64,000 nt of DNA from Lytechinus pictus (taxonomy: Eukaryota). Shown here piece after piece: positions 24,821-37,552 of this stretch. Numbering within the stretch: position 1 is the stretch's first letter; every line of letters starts with the position of its first letter. The translations under genes were made by a program, and so were the position numbers. The stretch spans positions 33,606,001 to 33,670,000 of the forward strand of contig NC_087245.1 of assembly GCF_037042905.1 (NCBI RefSeq), in the 5' to 3' direction. The notes beneath the pieces are model-generated. The model was not told the DNA's origin. It did no database searches and saw only the letters and a list, made by a program, of their open reading frames with translations.

Positions 24821-27800
24821 ATGGCGACGCCCAGTGGCTATATTGGACGGTTAGGGAGCTTTGAGAAGGCTCGCGAACCTTTTACTTCATATGTAGAACG
24901 TATGGAACTGTTTTTCATGGCCAATAACATCGTTGAAACTTCCCAGAATGCTGAATTCGTGAAGGAACGGAAAAAGGCAATTTTACTAACTGAAATTGGA
25001 ACAAAAATCTACGTAACTCTCGCAAATTTGTTAGCGCGCAGCAAGCCGAAAGATGCAACATTTGACGACATCATCGATAAGTTGAAGAATCATTTCGATC
25101 CTAAGCCGTTAGAGATAGCTGAAAGTTACAAGTTTGGAACAAGAAATCAGAAACAAGGTGAAACAGTTGGTGAGTTCATCATTGCCTTAAAGAATTTATC
25201 CTTACATTGTAACTATGGATCTTTCTTGAATAGAGCTTTGCGAGACAGATTTGTTTGCGGGTTGGCTGATGAACGAATTCAGAACAAACTGTTGAATACT
25301 CAAGATTTAGATTTTGATAAAGCCTGCCAAATTGCTTTGTCGATGGAGATGGCATCAAGAAATGCTCGTGAACTTCTTTCTGTTCATAATGCTGGAAGTG
25401 TGAATAGTCAGAAAAGTTACACCCGTAAAGCTAAACCAACTAGTCGTGAAGGTAAACCCAAACCCTCTAATGCTGAAAGTAAAAAGCATGGAAACTGTTA
25501 TCGCTGTAATTCCAGAAATCATCCACCTCAAGAATGTCCATTTAAAGGTTCACAATGTTTCAAGTGCGAGATGAAGGGACATATAGCTAAAGCTTGTAAG
25601 TCAAATAGAGGAAAGGCTAGTGTACCGAGTAAAGGTAAATCGCGTCGAACTGGCGGTAATGCTGAAGTTCATGCGTTGGATGAAACTGATGATCTAGAGA
25701 AATCTATGCAGCATAATTTGAATTTGTATTGTATGTATGCTACAGATTCGATCAATAAGTTTGAAACAGAAGTTGTAATCAACAAGAAATACTTGACTAT
25801 GAGGATTGACACCCAGGCAGATTGTTCTATTATGAGTAAGGACACATATGAGAGAAACTTCAATGATGTACCTTTGAGACCAAATTCATTAGAACTCAGA
25901 ACATATTCTGGTCAGCAGTTGGACTTGTGTGGTGAATTTGAATGTGAAGTCACCTATGAAGGGAATACATTGTTGTTGCCCATGATGGTAACAAGCTACC
26001 CGAATCGTCCTACACTGATGGGTAAGAACTGGCTGACTAAGTTGAAGTTAGATTGGAATAACGTGTTCCATGTTGAGTCTTCAAAATTGCAGAGTCTACT
26101 CCGACAGTATAGCGGAATGTTTGAAGACAGCTATGAAGGGATTTCTGGTGTGGAAGCGCACGTAAGAATCAAGGAGAATTCAACTCCAGTCTACTGTAGA
26201 CCGCGACCAGTACCGTACGCACTGAAAGAAGAAGTTGAGAAAGAGTTAAAAAACCTTGAGAAAAACAAAGTCATCGTAAAGACAAACTACAGCGACTGGG
26301 CAACTCCGATCGTAGTGGTGCCGAAAGCCGATGGAAGTGTTCGTCTTTGCGGAGATTATAAGACCACAGTCAATCGAGCAGTTGATGACGAGTGTTATCC
26401 TCTTCCCACATCGCAGGATTTGTATGCAGAGTTGGGAGGTACCAAAGTTTTCTCGAAGTTGGATCTTTCTCACGCGTATGCACAACTCAACTTGGATCAG
26501 CAAAGTCAGCAGTATCTTACTATCAACACGCATATGGGATTATATTCCTACACAAAACTACCATATGGAATTAAGTCCTCACCGAAGATCTTCCAAGCGA
26601 CAATGGATAAGATTCTTCAAGGTATCCCCCATTGCTTGTGTAATCAAGATGATGTATTGATAGCTACAACCACAGTGGATGAAAATCTTGATGTGCTCGC
26701 GCAAGTATTGAAGCGTTTGAATGATCATAATGTGAAGCTAAAAAGGAGCAAATGTGCCTTTGTGGAAAGTGAAGTAGTGTACCTAGGGTTGAAAGTAAGC
26801 TCACAGGGGCTTCAACCAGTCAAAGATAAAATTGAGCCAATCAATGCTCCTAAGCCAAAGAATGTGACCGAGCTAAGATCATTTTTGGGGATGGTTCAGT
26901 TCTATTCGCGATTTCTACCGGATCTTGCGTCAGTGTTAGCACCGCTCCATAAGTTACTACAGAAGGAACAGAAATGGGAATGGTCGAAAGCCCAACAGGA
27001 AGCATATGAGAAATGCAAGCGAATGTTAACCAGTGATGCACTTCTCGTTCACTATGATAACAGGCGTGAATTGAAGATGTCTTGTGATGCATCTGGCTAC
27101 GGTGTCGGAGCAGTGATAAGTCATGTGATGGATAATGGAGAAACAAAGCCAATCGCATTTGCATCACGCACCTTGACGAAGAGTGAGCGTAATTACGCTC
27201 AGATTGAGAAAGAAGCGTTGGGTATCATTTTCGGTATCAAGAAGTTTCATCAGTATCTGGTAGAAACTTTACGCTCATCACTGATCACAAGCCGCTACTT
27301 CATTTGTTGGGTCCTAAGTCATCGATTCCGACGATGGCAGCATCAAGAATGCAGCGATGGGCAATACTTCTTTCGCAGTATGACTACAACATAGAGTATC
27401 TCAGTTCTAAGGAGAACGCTGTCGCAGATGCGTTATCTCGTTTGCCTCACGAAGATTCTGAAGATGGTACAGAAGGTAGTATCTATGTAACTGATGTTGT
27501 AGACAGTAACTTTCCAGTAACAGCAACAGAGATTGCTGCAGAAACTCAGAAAGACTCTGCTTTGAAACAAGTGTATGAACAAACTTTATATGGTTGGTCA
27601 GAAAGAGAACCAATGAATGATGAGTTGAAACCATATCACAGTAGAAGGTTTGAGTTGTCATGTGATCAGGGTTGTGTCAAATGGGGACATAGAGTGATAA
27701 TACCCAAGTCATTGAGACATAAGTTACTTGATGAACTTCATTCTCAGCACTCAGGTGTTGTAGCGATGAAAGCAGTTGCTAGAGGATTTATGTTCTGGCC

Positions 27801-28895
27801 TGGTATTGATAAAGAAATTGAGCAAATTTCTAGTAGATGTTCTGTTTGTCAAAATGTCAGAAGCAAGAGTACCGTTAGAAACATGGCGTTGGCCAGCTAG
27901 ACCATTTCAGAGAGTCCATGTAGATTTTTGTGAGTTTGATAGTGAGCATTTTCTTGTTCTCATAGATAGTCACTCTAAGTGGATAGAAGTAATTCATATG
28001 GGTACTAACTACTAATACAACAACTGAGAAAACAATGAATGAACTCAGGTCCATTTTTGCTTGTCATGGTTTACCCGAACAGTTAGTTTCAGACAATGGG
28101 CCTCAATTTCGTTCTGCAGCATTTCAAACTTTCATGAAACTAAATGGAATTAGGCATATTTTAGTTCCCACTTACCATCCAGCATCTAACGGAGCTGCAG
28201 ATAGAACAGTAAGAGTAGTGAAAGAAGCTTTGAAAAAGCAAGTGTTTGATGGTAGTTCTAAGTTTAGTATGAAGCGAAGACTAGCCAATTTTCTGTTGAA
28301 GTATCGTACTACTCCTCAATCAACTACTGGTTTTACACCAGCTGAGCTTTTGATGAAGAGAAGGCTTAGAACAAGACTAAGTTTGATTTTACCAGATCTA
28401 TCTCAAAAAGTAGAAAACAAACAATCGAGTCAAAAGAGATATTTCAAGGGTAGTCGTAGGTATCGTTCATTTGATGTTGGTGAGAACGTTCGTATCCTTG
28501 CTCCCCCACACAAAGAAGGTAAATGGGAGTTGGGAGAAGTTGTTACTGTTTGTGGAAGTAGAAGGTATCTAGTTGATATAAGTGGTAGAGTTCGAAGTGT
28601 TCATGTAGATCACATGTTAAAAGCAAGTGATAACCAAGAGTGTTTGCCAGAGTCTAGTGATCATGCAGATTTGGATGATAGTTTTGATTTAATTTCATTG
28701 CCAGACTCCGCACAGTCTCGGCAGTTAAATTCTGAAGTGGGAATAGAAAAATCCCCAGTCAAAAGTACAAGCGGCCCAAGTACAGATGTACAGCCAGGGG
28801 CTACACCCGGGGCTACTCAAAAACTTTCACCACATCCACCTCGAAGATCACATAGACTCCGTAAACCAATCGAAAGGTTAATTTATTCAAAATAA
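24821..28895 (+). pseudogene. gag-pol: gag-pol polyprotein with three frameshifts
   Basis: Two CCHC knuckles, protease IDTQA, RT LDLSHAY...NQDD, RNase H DAS/EKE, integrase HHCC and D,D,(D). The frame breaks near 27259, 27868 and 28010. Confidence 0.93.
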
Positions 28896-29506
28896 AGCAT
28901 GAGTTAACAAGTGTTAACACGTGTAATTTATAACACGACATGCAAGCAAGGTGAGATAATTATATGTGGAATATTTAATTTCAAGTACATACAACAGTAT
29001 GATTATTTTCCAATACATACACAGACTTATATCTCTGTTAAAATGTATTGATCTATTAGAAGGGAGGATAGAGAGGTTGAAAAGTTAAAAAGTTTTATTC
29101 AGTATATTATTACTATAAAGAATTAACCGTGAAGTACAATGCATTTATACATGAAACTATGATTTATTTGATACTCATAAGCATTAATGAAGAAATGTCA
29201 GATTGCGGATATTATAGACTTTAAAATAATAGAGAAATTGAAAAACCCTTTTGATTTGCAAAACTACTTTATCAGACGAATCATACTTGCTACTTTTGAG
29301 TCATATTACCCTCAATAACCAAAAGAAACTATTGCTCTTCATGTTAAACATTTTCTAAAACAAATAGCTATAAGATGCATAGCCTACTTAACAAAAAAGG
29401 AAACATGATATTGAATTGTGAAATTTACTGTTGAGATTACTTGCTGGTATATTATGTTATTTTCAAAACATTGCGAATTTATACAGTGTCAGGGAATCCA
29501 CTTGTT

Positions 29507-29520
29507 AAAAGGGGAAGCAG
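29507..29520 (+). promoter_or_regulatory. Polypurine tract
   Basis: aaaaggggaagcag immediately before the 3' LTR. Confidence 0.9.
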
Positions 29521-29675
29521 TGTAAGGTATGTGATTGTCATGGTTACCGACATAGCACCAACAGGTGTCCGCATGATTGAATTTACTGTGTAGCGTTAGC
29601 GAAGTCGCATTGCGCATTAAACACACTTGAACTGGCAGAGCTTGTGTCATGACGTGTTCTTCTGAGTATGTTCCA
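29521..29675 (+). repeat. 3' LTR
   Basis: TGTAA...TTCCA, followed by TSD GATGT. Confidence 0.97.
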
Positions 29676-31175
29676 GATGTATATTATAATTTTTGAAACT
29701 TTGGACGTATATTATAATTTTTTAAACAACCGGGTCTGGAAAAAAGACTTTGGACTTGCATTATAATTTTTTAATTAACCGGGTCTGGAAAAAGGACTTT
29801 GGATGTATATTATAATTTTTGAATTAACCGGGTCTGGAAAAAAGACTTTGGACGTATATTATAATTTTTGAATACACCGGGTCTGGAAAAAAGCCATTGG
29901 ACGTATATTATAATTTTTGAAACAACCAGTTGTTGAAAAAAGTCTTTGGACGTATATTATAATTTTGAAACAACCGTGTCTGGAAAAAAGACTTTGGACT
30001 TGCATTATAATTTTTGAATTAACAGGGTCTGGAAAAAAGACTTTGGACGTGTATTATGATTTTTAAACAACCGGGTCTGGAAAAAGACTTTGGAATTGTA
30101 ATATATTGTTTTATTAACCGGGTCTGAAAAACAGACTGGACTTATATTATAATTTTTTAAACAACCGGGTCTGGAAAAAAGACTTTGGACTTGCATTATA
30201 ATTTTTGAAACAACCGGGTCTGGAAAAAAGACTTTGAACGTATATTATAATTCTTTAAACGACTGGGTCTGGAAAAAACACTTTGGACTCATATTATAAT
30301 GTTTGAAACTACCGGGTGTGAAAAAAGACTTTGGACTTGCATTATAATTTTTGTATTAACTGGGTCTGGAAAAAAGACTTTGGACGTATATTATAATTTT
30401 TTAATTAACCGGGTCTGGAAAAAAGACTTTGGACTTGAATTATAATTTTTGAATTAACCGGGTCTGGAAAAAGGACTTTGGAAGTATATTATAATTTTTT
30501 AATTAAGCGGTTCTGGAAAAAAGACTTTGGACTTATATTATAATTTTTGAAACAACCAGGTCTGGAAAAAAGGCTTTGGACGTATATTATAATTTTGAAA
30601 CAACCGTGTCTGGAAAAAAGACTTTAGACTTGCATTATAATTTTTGAATTAACCGGGTCTGGAAAAAAGACTTTGGACGTGTATTATGATTTTTAAACAA
30701 CCGGGTCTGGAAAAAGACTTTGGAATTGTAATACATTGTTTTATTAACCGGGTCTGAAAAATAGACTGGACTTATATTATAATTTTTTGAACAACCGGGT
30801 CTGGAAAAAAGACTTTGGACTTGCATTATAATTTTTGAAACAACCGGGTCTGGAAAAAAGACTTTGAACGTATATTATAATTTTTTAAACAACTGGGTCT
30901 GGAAAAAAGACTTTCGACTCATATTATAATGTTTGAAACTACCGGGTGTGAAAAAAGACTTTGGACTTGCATTATAATTTTTGTAATTACCGGGTCTGGA
31001 AAAAAGACTTTGGACGTATATTACCATTTTTTAATTAACCGGGTCTGGAAAAAGACTTTGGACTTGAATTATAATTTTTGAATTAAGCGGTTCTGGAAAA
31101 AAGACTTTGGACTTATATTATAATTTTTGAAACAACCAGGTCTGGAAAAAAGGCTTTGGACGTATATTATAATTT
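29676..31175 (-). repeat. Expanded 42-bp satellite (about 35 units) with a 630-bp higher-order duplication
   Basis: Unit accgggtctggaaaaaagactttggacgtatattataatttttgaaaca. Variant units recur 630 bp apart (29961/30591). Confidence 0.92.
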
Positions 31176-31301
31176 ACCTTCAAGTTCCGACGTCCATTAA
31201 TTCTGTATATACACTACCATGGCGGCAGCCCGAGGAGGGTACATCACTGGCGGATCCAGGAAGGGGGGCACAGCTGGCCCATTAAAACATAGGTGTGGCC
31301 C

Positions 31302-33002
31302 TGTTACACCCACAAATGTAATAATCGCCCACAAATGCAATAATGCCCACAAATGTAATAACACTTTACCCACAAATGTAATAACACCTTACCCACAAAT
31401 GTAATAATTTCACCGACAAATGTAATAATGCACTTTACCCACAAATGTAATAATGACTTACCCACAAATGTAATAAATTTGAAGGGATTTTTGGCGAAAT
31501 CCGTTCTAAACTAAAATCCTATAGTAATACGTTCATAATTTATAGCACAAAAGTGCAAAGTCTTTTTTCCAGACCCGGTTAATTAAAAAATTATAATATA
31601 AGTCCAAAGTCTTTTTTCCAGACCCGGTTAATTAAAAAAGTATAATAAGTCCAGACCCGGTTGTTTAAAAAATTATAATATAAGTCCAAAGTCTTTTTTC
31701 CAGACCCGGTTAATAAAAAAATTATAATATAAGTCCAAAGTCTTTTTTCCAGACCCGGTTAATTAAAAAGTATAATATAAGTCCAAACTAAGATAAGATA
31801 ATGATATTCCAGTGGAATCAAAATAAGAATCGAGCTTAATCTTTTCTCCAGACCCAGTTAATTAAAACTGGTAGAATAAATGTCTTTGTTGTTGTTTTAA
31901 CTTATACGGCGCGTACTGTGGATATATGCGCTAAGAGTAAATTGAGAATCAAGCGTAGTCTTTTCTCCATACCCGGTTACTTAAAACTAAAAACTAAAAC
32001 CTTTTACCCACAAATGTAATAATTTCACCCACAAATGTAATAATGCAGTTACCCACAAATGTAATAATTTTTGATCGCCCACAAATGTAATAAATACTTT
32101 ACCCACAAATGTTATAAATTTGAAGGGATTTTTGGCGAATCTATTCTAAACTAAATCCCTTTAATAATGCGTTCATATAGTGCAAAGTCACAGTCTTATT
32201 TCTCCAGACCAGGTTATATAAAACATTTAAACAATCTTCCAAATAAAGATGCCAAAATTAGTTCTTCTTAATGTTGAAAAACATAGAAGTTTAGCGTAGT
32301 CTTTCCTCCAGACCCAAATATTTAAAATACCAAATAAAAAATAATAACTAAAAAAGGCCCCACGATCTTATTAATGTTGAACAAAATGTAAATATAGCGT
32401 AGTCTTTCCTCCAGACCCAGTTATAAAAAAAATCATACAAAAACAAAACAACAACAACAACCAAAAACAGACCCCGCAATCTTTTCAACATTGAATAGCA
32501 TCGGTGTAGTCTTTGTTCCAGCCCCGGTTGTTTAAAAATAGCAAATCATAAAGAACAATATTAACAAAGACCCCACAAACTCATTGATGTTGAGTAACGG
32601 GGGGGGGGGGGGGGTTCTTATTTTTATTTGGCAACCAGTCAAATTTGACTATTTTTGCCATCATAAATATTATATTATTAACGTTTGTTTTCTTTAAAAA
32701 AAATATATATATGAGTAAAGTAAAATTCAAATATTTATTTCTTTTCCTTTCTTTTTTTCTTTTTTCTTTTCTATGATGACAGAGAAAGAAATTAGGAAAA
32801 TCACAGCTCCAATCCTACACCCGTACCGGAGTATGGGGATACGTCTGTCCCGTTGATGTGAACATCAACATCAGTGAAGTCTCGATCTTTCCCGGAGACA
32901 AGACGCCTTTGAATCCTACCTACTTTGGGAGACAAGCCATTGTAGGATGGAATGTGATTTTGGGTGAGTTTGGGAGAAAAAAAAAATTTTGTATGAAAAA
33001 AG

Positions 33003-33039
<37 letters not shown>

Positions 33040-35184
33040 TACACACACATACATATCCATATGCATACGTATTCATCATTTAAGTATAAGTAAACCGTAA
33101 GGCAATTATCTGAAGGCTATACATGTTTGGTTAGTCATGACCATATAAAGATGTAATTGCAAAATTAACAGTACTTGGCTATAATATAAAGTAATTAAAA
33201 GTAATCAAGAGCAGTCCAACTTGTACATAAAACTTTTTCAATTTTTTCTGTATTCTTCTTTCTCAATTGGCTCTCTTGTAATTTTTTTTTCTTTTTTTTT
33301 GATCGTGAGTTTGAATAACCCCCATGAAGCTTGGCATATGGATATGGCAAAACTAAGCAAAAAAGCTCAATTTTTTAACTGCTCCTCGAATAGCTGGGTA
33401 ACTGATGAACTAGAAGGACATGGTGCTTTCATCGGCCGTTTTCCTCGAGTCACCTATGACTAATCATCAGCCGAGAAGGAGACTTTTTCCAACCGTTGAC
33501 CAACATAAAAACATTGGCCCCAGTATCCGATTTACAGAATTAATTGAGGAAAGCATCCGGGCTTTCTGTGCATATTGCAGTGTTTTCCAAAGCATTATAG
33601 TATATATTTTAAAACAAACTAGCCGAAAAGGCATGCAAATACATATTATATATACATAAAACATTCTTCCTTCAATATTTTTTCTTTTGTAGTATATTTT
33701 TCAATATTTTTCTTTTGTTCTTTTAGGTAAATTTTGAGAAAATCGAAAATACCATAATTCATGCCATTCTTTAAAGGGGCCATGTTTATTGTTTCAGGAT
33801 TGTTAATTTATTTCGCATAATTCAACGAGTTGTACAATTCAAACTGTTCTGAGGAGAAGATATATGTATTACTGTTTGTTATATATTCGTTTCGTTCTAA
33901 GGACGAAACGTACGAGTGATTTTTGTTTGTCGATGTCTATGCTTTTTAGCAGGGAGGGAATCTCTAGAGGTTCCGTCAAATTTGTTTCAGCGAGCAGCAT
34001 AGCTCTTTGAATGATATAACGTGGGCATTTCACGAGAAAATGGTCAACAGTTTCCAATATTTTGCAGGAATCACAAAAACTAGTGGGATGTAGTTTTAAT
34101 CGGAAAAGATCAAAGTTAAGACCTATTATTCCGAAACGAAGTTTATGTAGTAGACTTTCGGCAAATCTGTTCAGGTGGCATTCGTATAAAGAAAGATTCA
34201 CTTGTGGTTGTATCTGTCTCATATTACAAATGGAATACTTCCACCTGTTTTGCCATTCCTGTGTATATTTTTTTGTTATCAATGTTTTTGCTTCATCGGA
34301 ACCTAAACTATTTTGAATTTCGATTCTCTTCGTTAAAGCTACTTTTGCATGAAAATCTGCTGTTTCGTTTCCACTTATACCACAATGGCTTGGTATCCAT
34401 TCTAGAAAGATTTCTTTACCCTGGTATTGAAGCTTAGTAGTTAAAGTTAGTATTTCAATTACAAATTATATGTTTTTCATATTTTGTATAGCTAACAGCG
34501 CACTTTGTGTGTCACTTAAGATAACTGTTCCTACATAAACATTAATATTTTCTAACCACTCTAAAGCAAGTACTATTGTAGCCAACTCAGCCCGGAAAAC
34601 TTAAGTATTATAATTCAGTCTTTTTGATTGGTGGTAAGACCATGTGGGTACGAAGAATGAAGCCGCAGAAGCACCTGTATTGGGTGCTTTTGATCCATCT
34701 GTATATATGTGTAGTTGATGAGACCATTTCTTGTTAATTAGTCTGAGACTTTCTTGATATTTATAATTTTGGAATAACAGGGTTTGGAGAAAAGACTAAG
34801 CTCGATTTTCATTTTTATTCAACTGGAATATCATTATGGTATCTTAGTTTGGACTTATATTATAATTTTTGAAATAACCGGGTCTTGAAAAAATTACTTT
34901 GGACTTATATTATAATTTTTGAAACAACCAGGTCTGGAAAAAAGACTTTGCACTTTTGTGCTATATGAACGCATTAATATAGGATTTTAGTTTAGAACGG
35001 ATTCGCCAAAAATCCCTTCAAATTTATTACATTTGTGGGTAAAGTCATTAGTACATTTGTGGGCTATCAAAAATTATTACATTTGTGGGTAAAGTGCATT
35101 ATTACATTTGTGGTAAAGTGTTATTACATTTGTGGGTAACGTGTTATTACATTTGTGGGCGTTATTACATTTGTGGGTGCAACA
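31302..35184. mobile_element. Foldback-type element 2, complete, TGT...ACA with 5-bp TSD GGCCC
   Basis: Termini tgttacacccacaaatg / catttgtgggtgcaaca. GGCCC at 31297-31301 and 35185-35189. The long modular inverted arms resemble those of element 1. Confidence 0.88.
33869..34760 (-). mobile_element. 3' ORF2 fragment of an RNase H-bearing LINE (I/Nimb-like)
   Basis: Minus-strand HIYTDGSK...*VFRAEL...ILSDTQSAL (RNase H) and the C-terminal CDSC..ETVDHFLVKC knuckle. Confidence 0.88.
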
Positions 35185-35365
35185 GGCCCCTCTTTTGAAA
35201 TTGAAGATAATGTGAGTTAAAAAAAAACAGGACGTGATAAGAAAATAAACTTAATTTTTTTTCTTCTGAATTTGGACGTTTAATTGCAAATGTGTGTGCC
35301 TATGGATGAATTGAAAACGGTCTTTAGACTGAAATTGAATAACCGTTCCGTGAGCAAGGAATTAA

Positions 35366-35640
35366 TAGGGAGTTTTCGCTCTTACTACGGGGAAAATCTA
35401 CAACGCATCGATTTCGTTGAAAATGCAATTCAAATCACAATGGAAAGCAGATTATCCGAAAATTTGCACAGTACGAACAATTGCAAATATATCGTTGTCC
35501 AGAGTTAAGAGATTCCGATGCTGTCCCGGTCAACCAACTTTCGACAAAACCCTTTCAGCTCTCCATTGTGATTTCACTTGCACTTCCAAAGGAATTGGTG
35601 CGTTGTAGAGAGTTTCCCCGTAGTAAATGCAAAAGGTCCA
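35366..35640. mobile_element. MITE inserted in the right arm of the host element
   Basis: TIRs ttactacggggaaaatctacaacgca / tgcgttgtagagagtttccccgtagtaa. Absent from the paralogous site near 1560. Confidence 0.75.
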
Positions 35641-36022
35641 GAATGACAACTTTTGGTCATCAATTTGAACCACTTGTTCTCTTTATTTATTTTGAAAAAC
35701 GAATTATACGAAACGGAATTGAATGATAAATAAATGAAAATGAATCATGTGTGCAGAGAGTTGAAAAAGAAACAATCGTTAGAATGTGAATACAATAAAT
35801 TAAATGCACATCTGATAAAATCGGACAGGAAAACCTACAATGATCTGGACGTGAAGACCTGTTTAGTAAACGTGTAATCAATAAACTCATCTTAAACGAG
35901 CCAGAAATTTATTCTCGATTGCATGACTTTTGATAACCCCCCATACACATCAACCATCATAAGCTTGCATGCAGCCCTTTGGTTTCTGATGTACCGGCAG
36001 TGTTTTATTGCATGGAATACAC

Positions 36023-36313
36023 GGGTCGTGCGGTCCAGTGGTTAGAGCATTGGACTCATAATAGCAAGGTTGCGTGAGTTCGAATCCACACTCTGCCATT
36101 GTCTCTACTTTGATGAAAAGGCCCGAGAGTAAGAGCTGTCGTCTATAAGGTCACCCAATATGAATGATAAACCTAGACGTAAAATGATTCCTAGGTAATT
36201 GGTTTTATACCAGCTTTGCGTTTTAACCCGCAAAACGCTGTACTGCCGAGTTCCCGCGAGAGTTAGCATAAACAAGTCCACAATTGGGTGGTTTCCACAG
36301 TTAAATTCACCTT
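36023..36313 (+). mobile_element. tRNA-derived SINE
   Basis: A-box-like cagtggttagagc, B box gagttcgaatcc, and a non-tRNA body. The 3' limit is approximate. Confidence 0.7.
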
Positions 36314-37552
36314 CCATAATTAACACGTATGCACTTACAATCATATCAAATCACAATCGCACAAAAATTATCTTTTATCCTTTTTCTCGGCAGAAGCATA
36401 GTCAAATGTATATGTAAATACTTTTGTAACATTTATTTTAGTATCTGTTATTAAAATCCTTCCGTCATCGGATGAGTAAATGGCATCACTATTTGGGTAT
36501 TCTTTCTCACTTAAATTGAAACAATTCTACAATGAATGCTACAAAAGTGGTAATATTCCAGTCTCTTCTAACAATGCGCCTTAGATTTTTCTATTTTCGA
36601 CCAAAATAAAATAGTAACCCTTTTCTTTTCCCTCTTACATTGTGGGACGAAAGTGAATCGCATTTAAATCATTTATTTCTTGCTCGTACCCTTCCCATGC
36701 CTTGTATTGTTTTTTTTCTTTTACCTCTTTTCCCTCTGACTACCTCTTGAATCATTTAATTGGTCGGAATTTAATTCAAATGCTTGGCGATCATCGGTTG
36801 AATGATCTACTATGCGACTTCTCTTCTTAAACTGAAACTTGTAATGCATTTTCTCGATAGCATAAAATATCGAAGTATGAATAGCGTTCACAAAACCAAA
36901 CATATTCACAATCGGGGGATTATGTTTCGATATTTAAACTACGAGGAGTGATCAAAAGAATACTTCTGTGTTATGAAATATAGCAAGTCGTAACAATAAT
37001 TTGAATTGTATCGGAAATGGAACCAGTAGCCTTTTGATTAAATGTCGGTAGCTTGTAACCACTTGACCGTTTTGCGTTGAATTGACACTCCCAGTACTGG
37101 ATAAATGGTCCTGGTACAAGGGTAGTCAAATAACCGTTTCGTAGTCAAATCATGTTAGTAAAAAGTTTAATTATTATTATTTTTTTTTTTTAACACTCCA
37201 GACCCTGGCTCACCTTGCAGATACTTATATCAATTTCAAGTGTTTTACACCTCCGGGACGCCCTTACGTCCTCGAAACATGATTTCATTTCACTTCTGCC
37301 ATATCCGCACAAGCATGCTGGTAGCTCTTAATCTTGATCGCAAGAGGCAAGTGTTTTGCGAGAGTCTGGATCTTACGGTTTTTTGGAAGACCCGCTAAGA
37401 AGATAAAATGACGCGTTCGGCTCGTGAGGTTGTCATAGTTGGCATTCATCGAGAGAGGTTTGGCGGAGCACTACTTGGCCTACGAATAAGCTACTGTCAA
37501 CTACAAAGGTCTTCTCTTCAGTCTCAACCTGTGGTGTCATCTCCACATCAAA

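Larger units (their letters stand above)
24436..29675 (+). mobile_element. Full-length Ty3/Gypsy LTR retrotransposon, Mag-like clade
   Basis: Two 155-bp LTRs, a 5-bp TSD GATGT (24431-24435 and 29676-29680), PBS, PPT, and gag-PR-RT-RH-IN order. Confidence 0.97.
21270..31175. mobile_element. Foldback-type element 1 (TGT terminus; right terminus deleted)
   Basis: Starts tgttgcacccacaaatgtaataa, followed by an approximately 22-bp minisatellite and 42-bp repeats. The motifs reappear inverted from about 23750 onward. Confidence 0.8.
20949..35835. mobile_element. Host TIR element (family of 530-1762) split by several nested insertions
   Basis: Left end gtttccccgtccaattt at about 20951. ttcgcaccggcacc (to about 21268) resumes as accttc at 31176, matching ttcgcaccggtaccttc at about 740. 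The right arm 35264-35835 ends ggaaaacc-ta. Confidence 0.6.

Noticed and set aside
24436..29675. Apparent conflict between near-identical LTRs and three internal frameshifts
   Set aside because: 155-bp LTRs give little dating power. One difference is compatible with several lesions across 4 kb, and assembly indels are possible.
21270..31175. CRISPR-like appearance of regularly spaced ccagacccgg repeats
   Set aside because: The intervening sequence is itself repeated (42-bp satellite), with no unique spacers and no cas genes, in a eukaryotic context.
36023..36096. tRNA genes at 36023 (+), 46255-46328 (-) and a B-box fragment near 42655 (-)
   Set aside because: The acceptor/anticodon stems are imperfect and run into non-tRNA bodies, so they are better explained as SINE heads.
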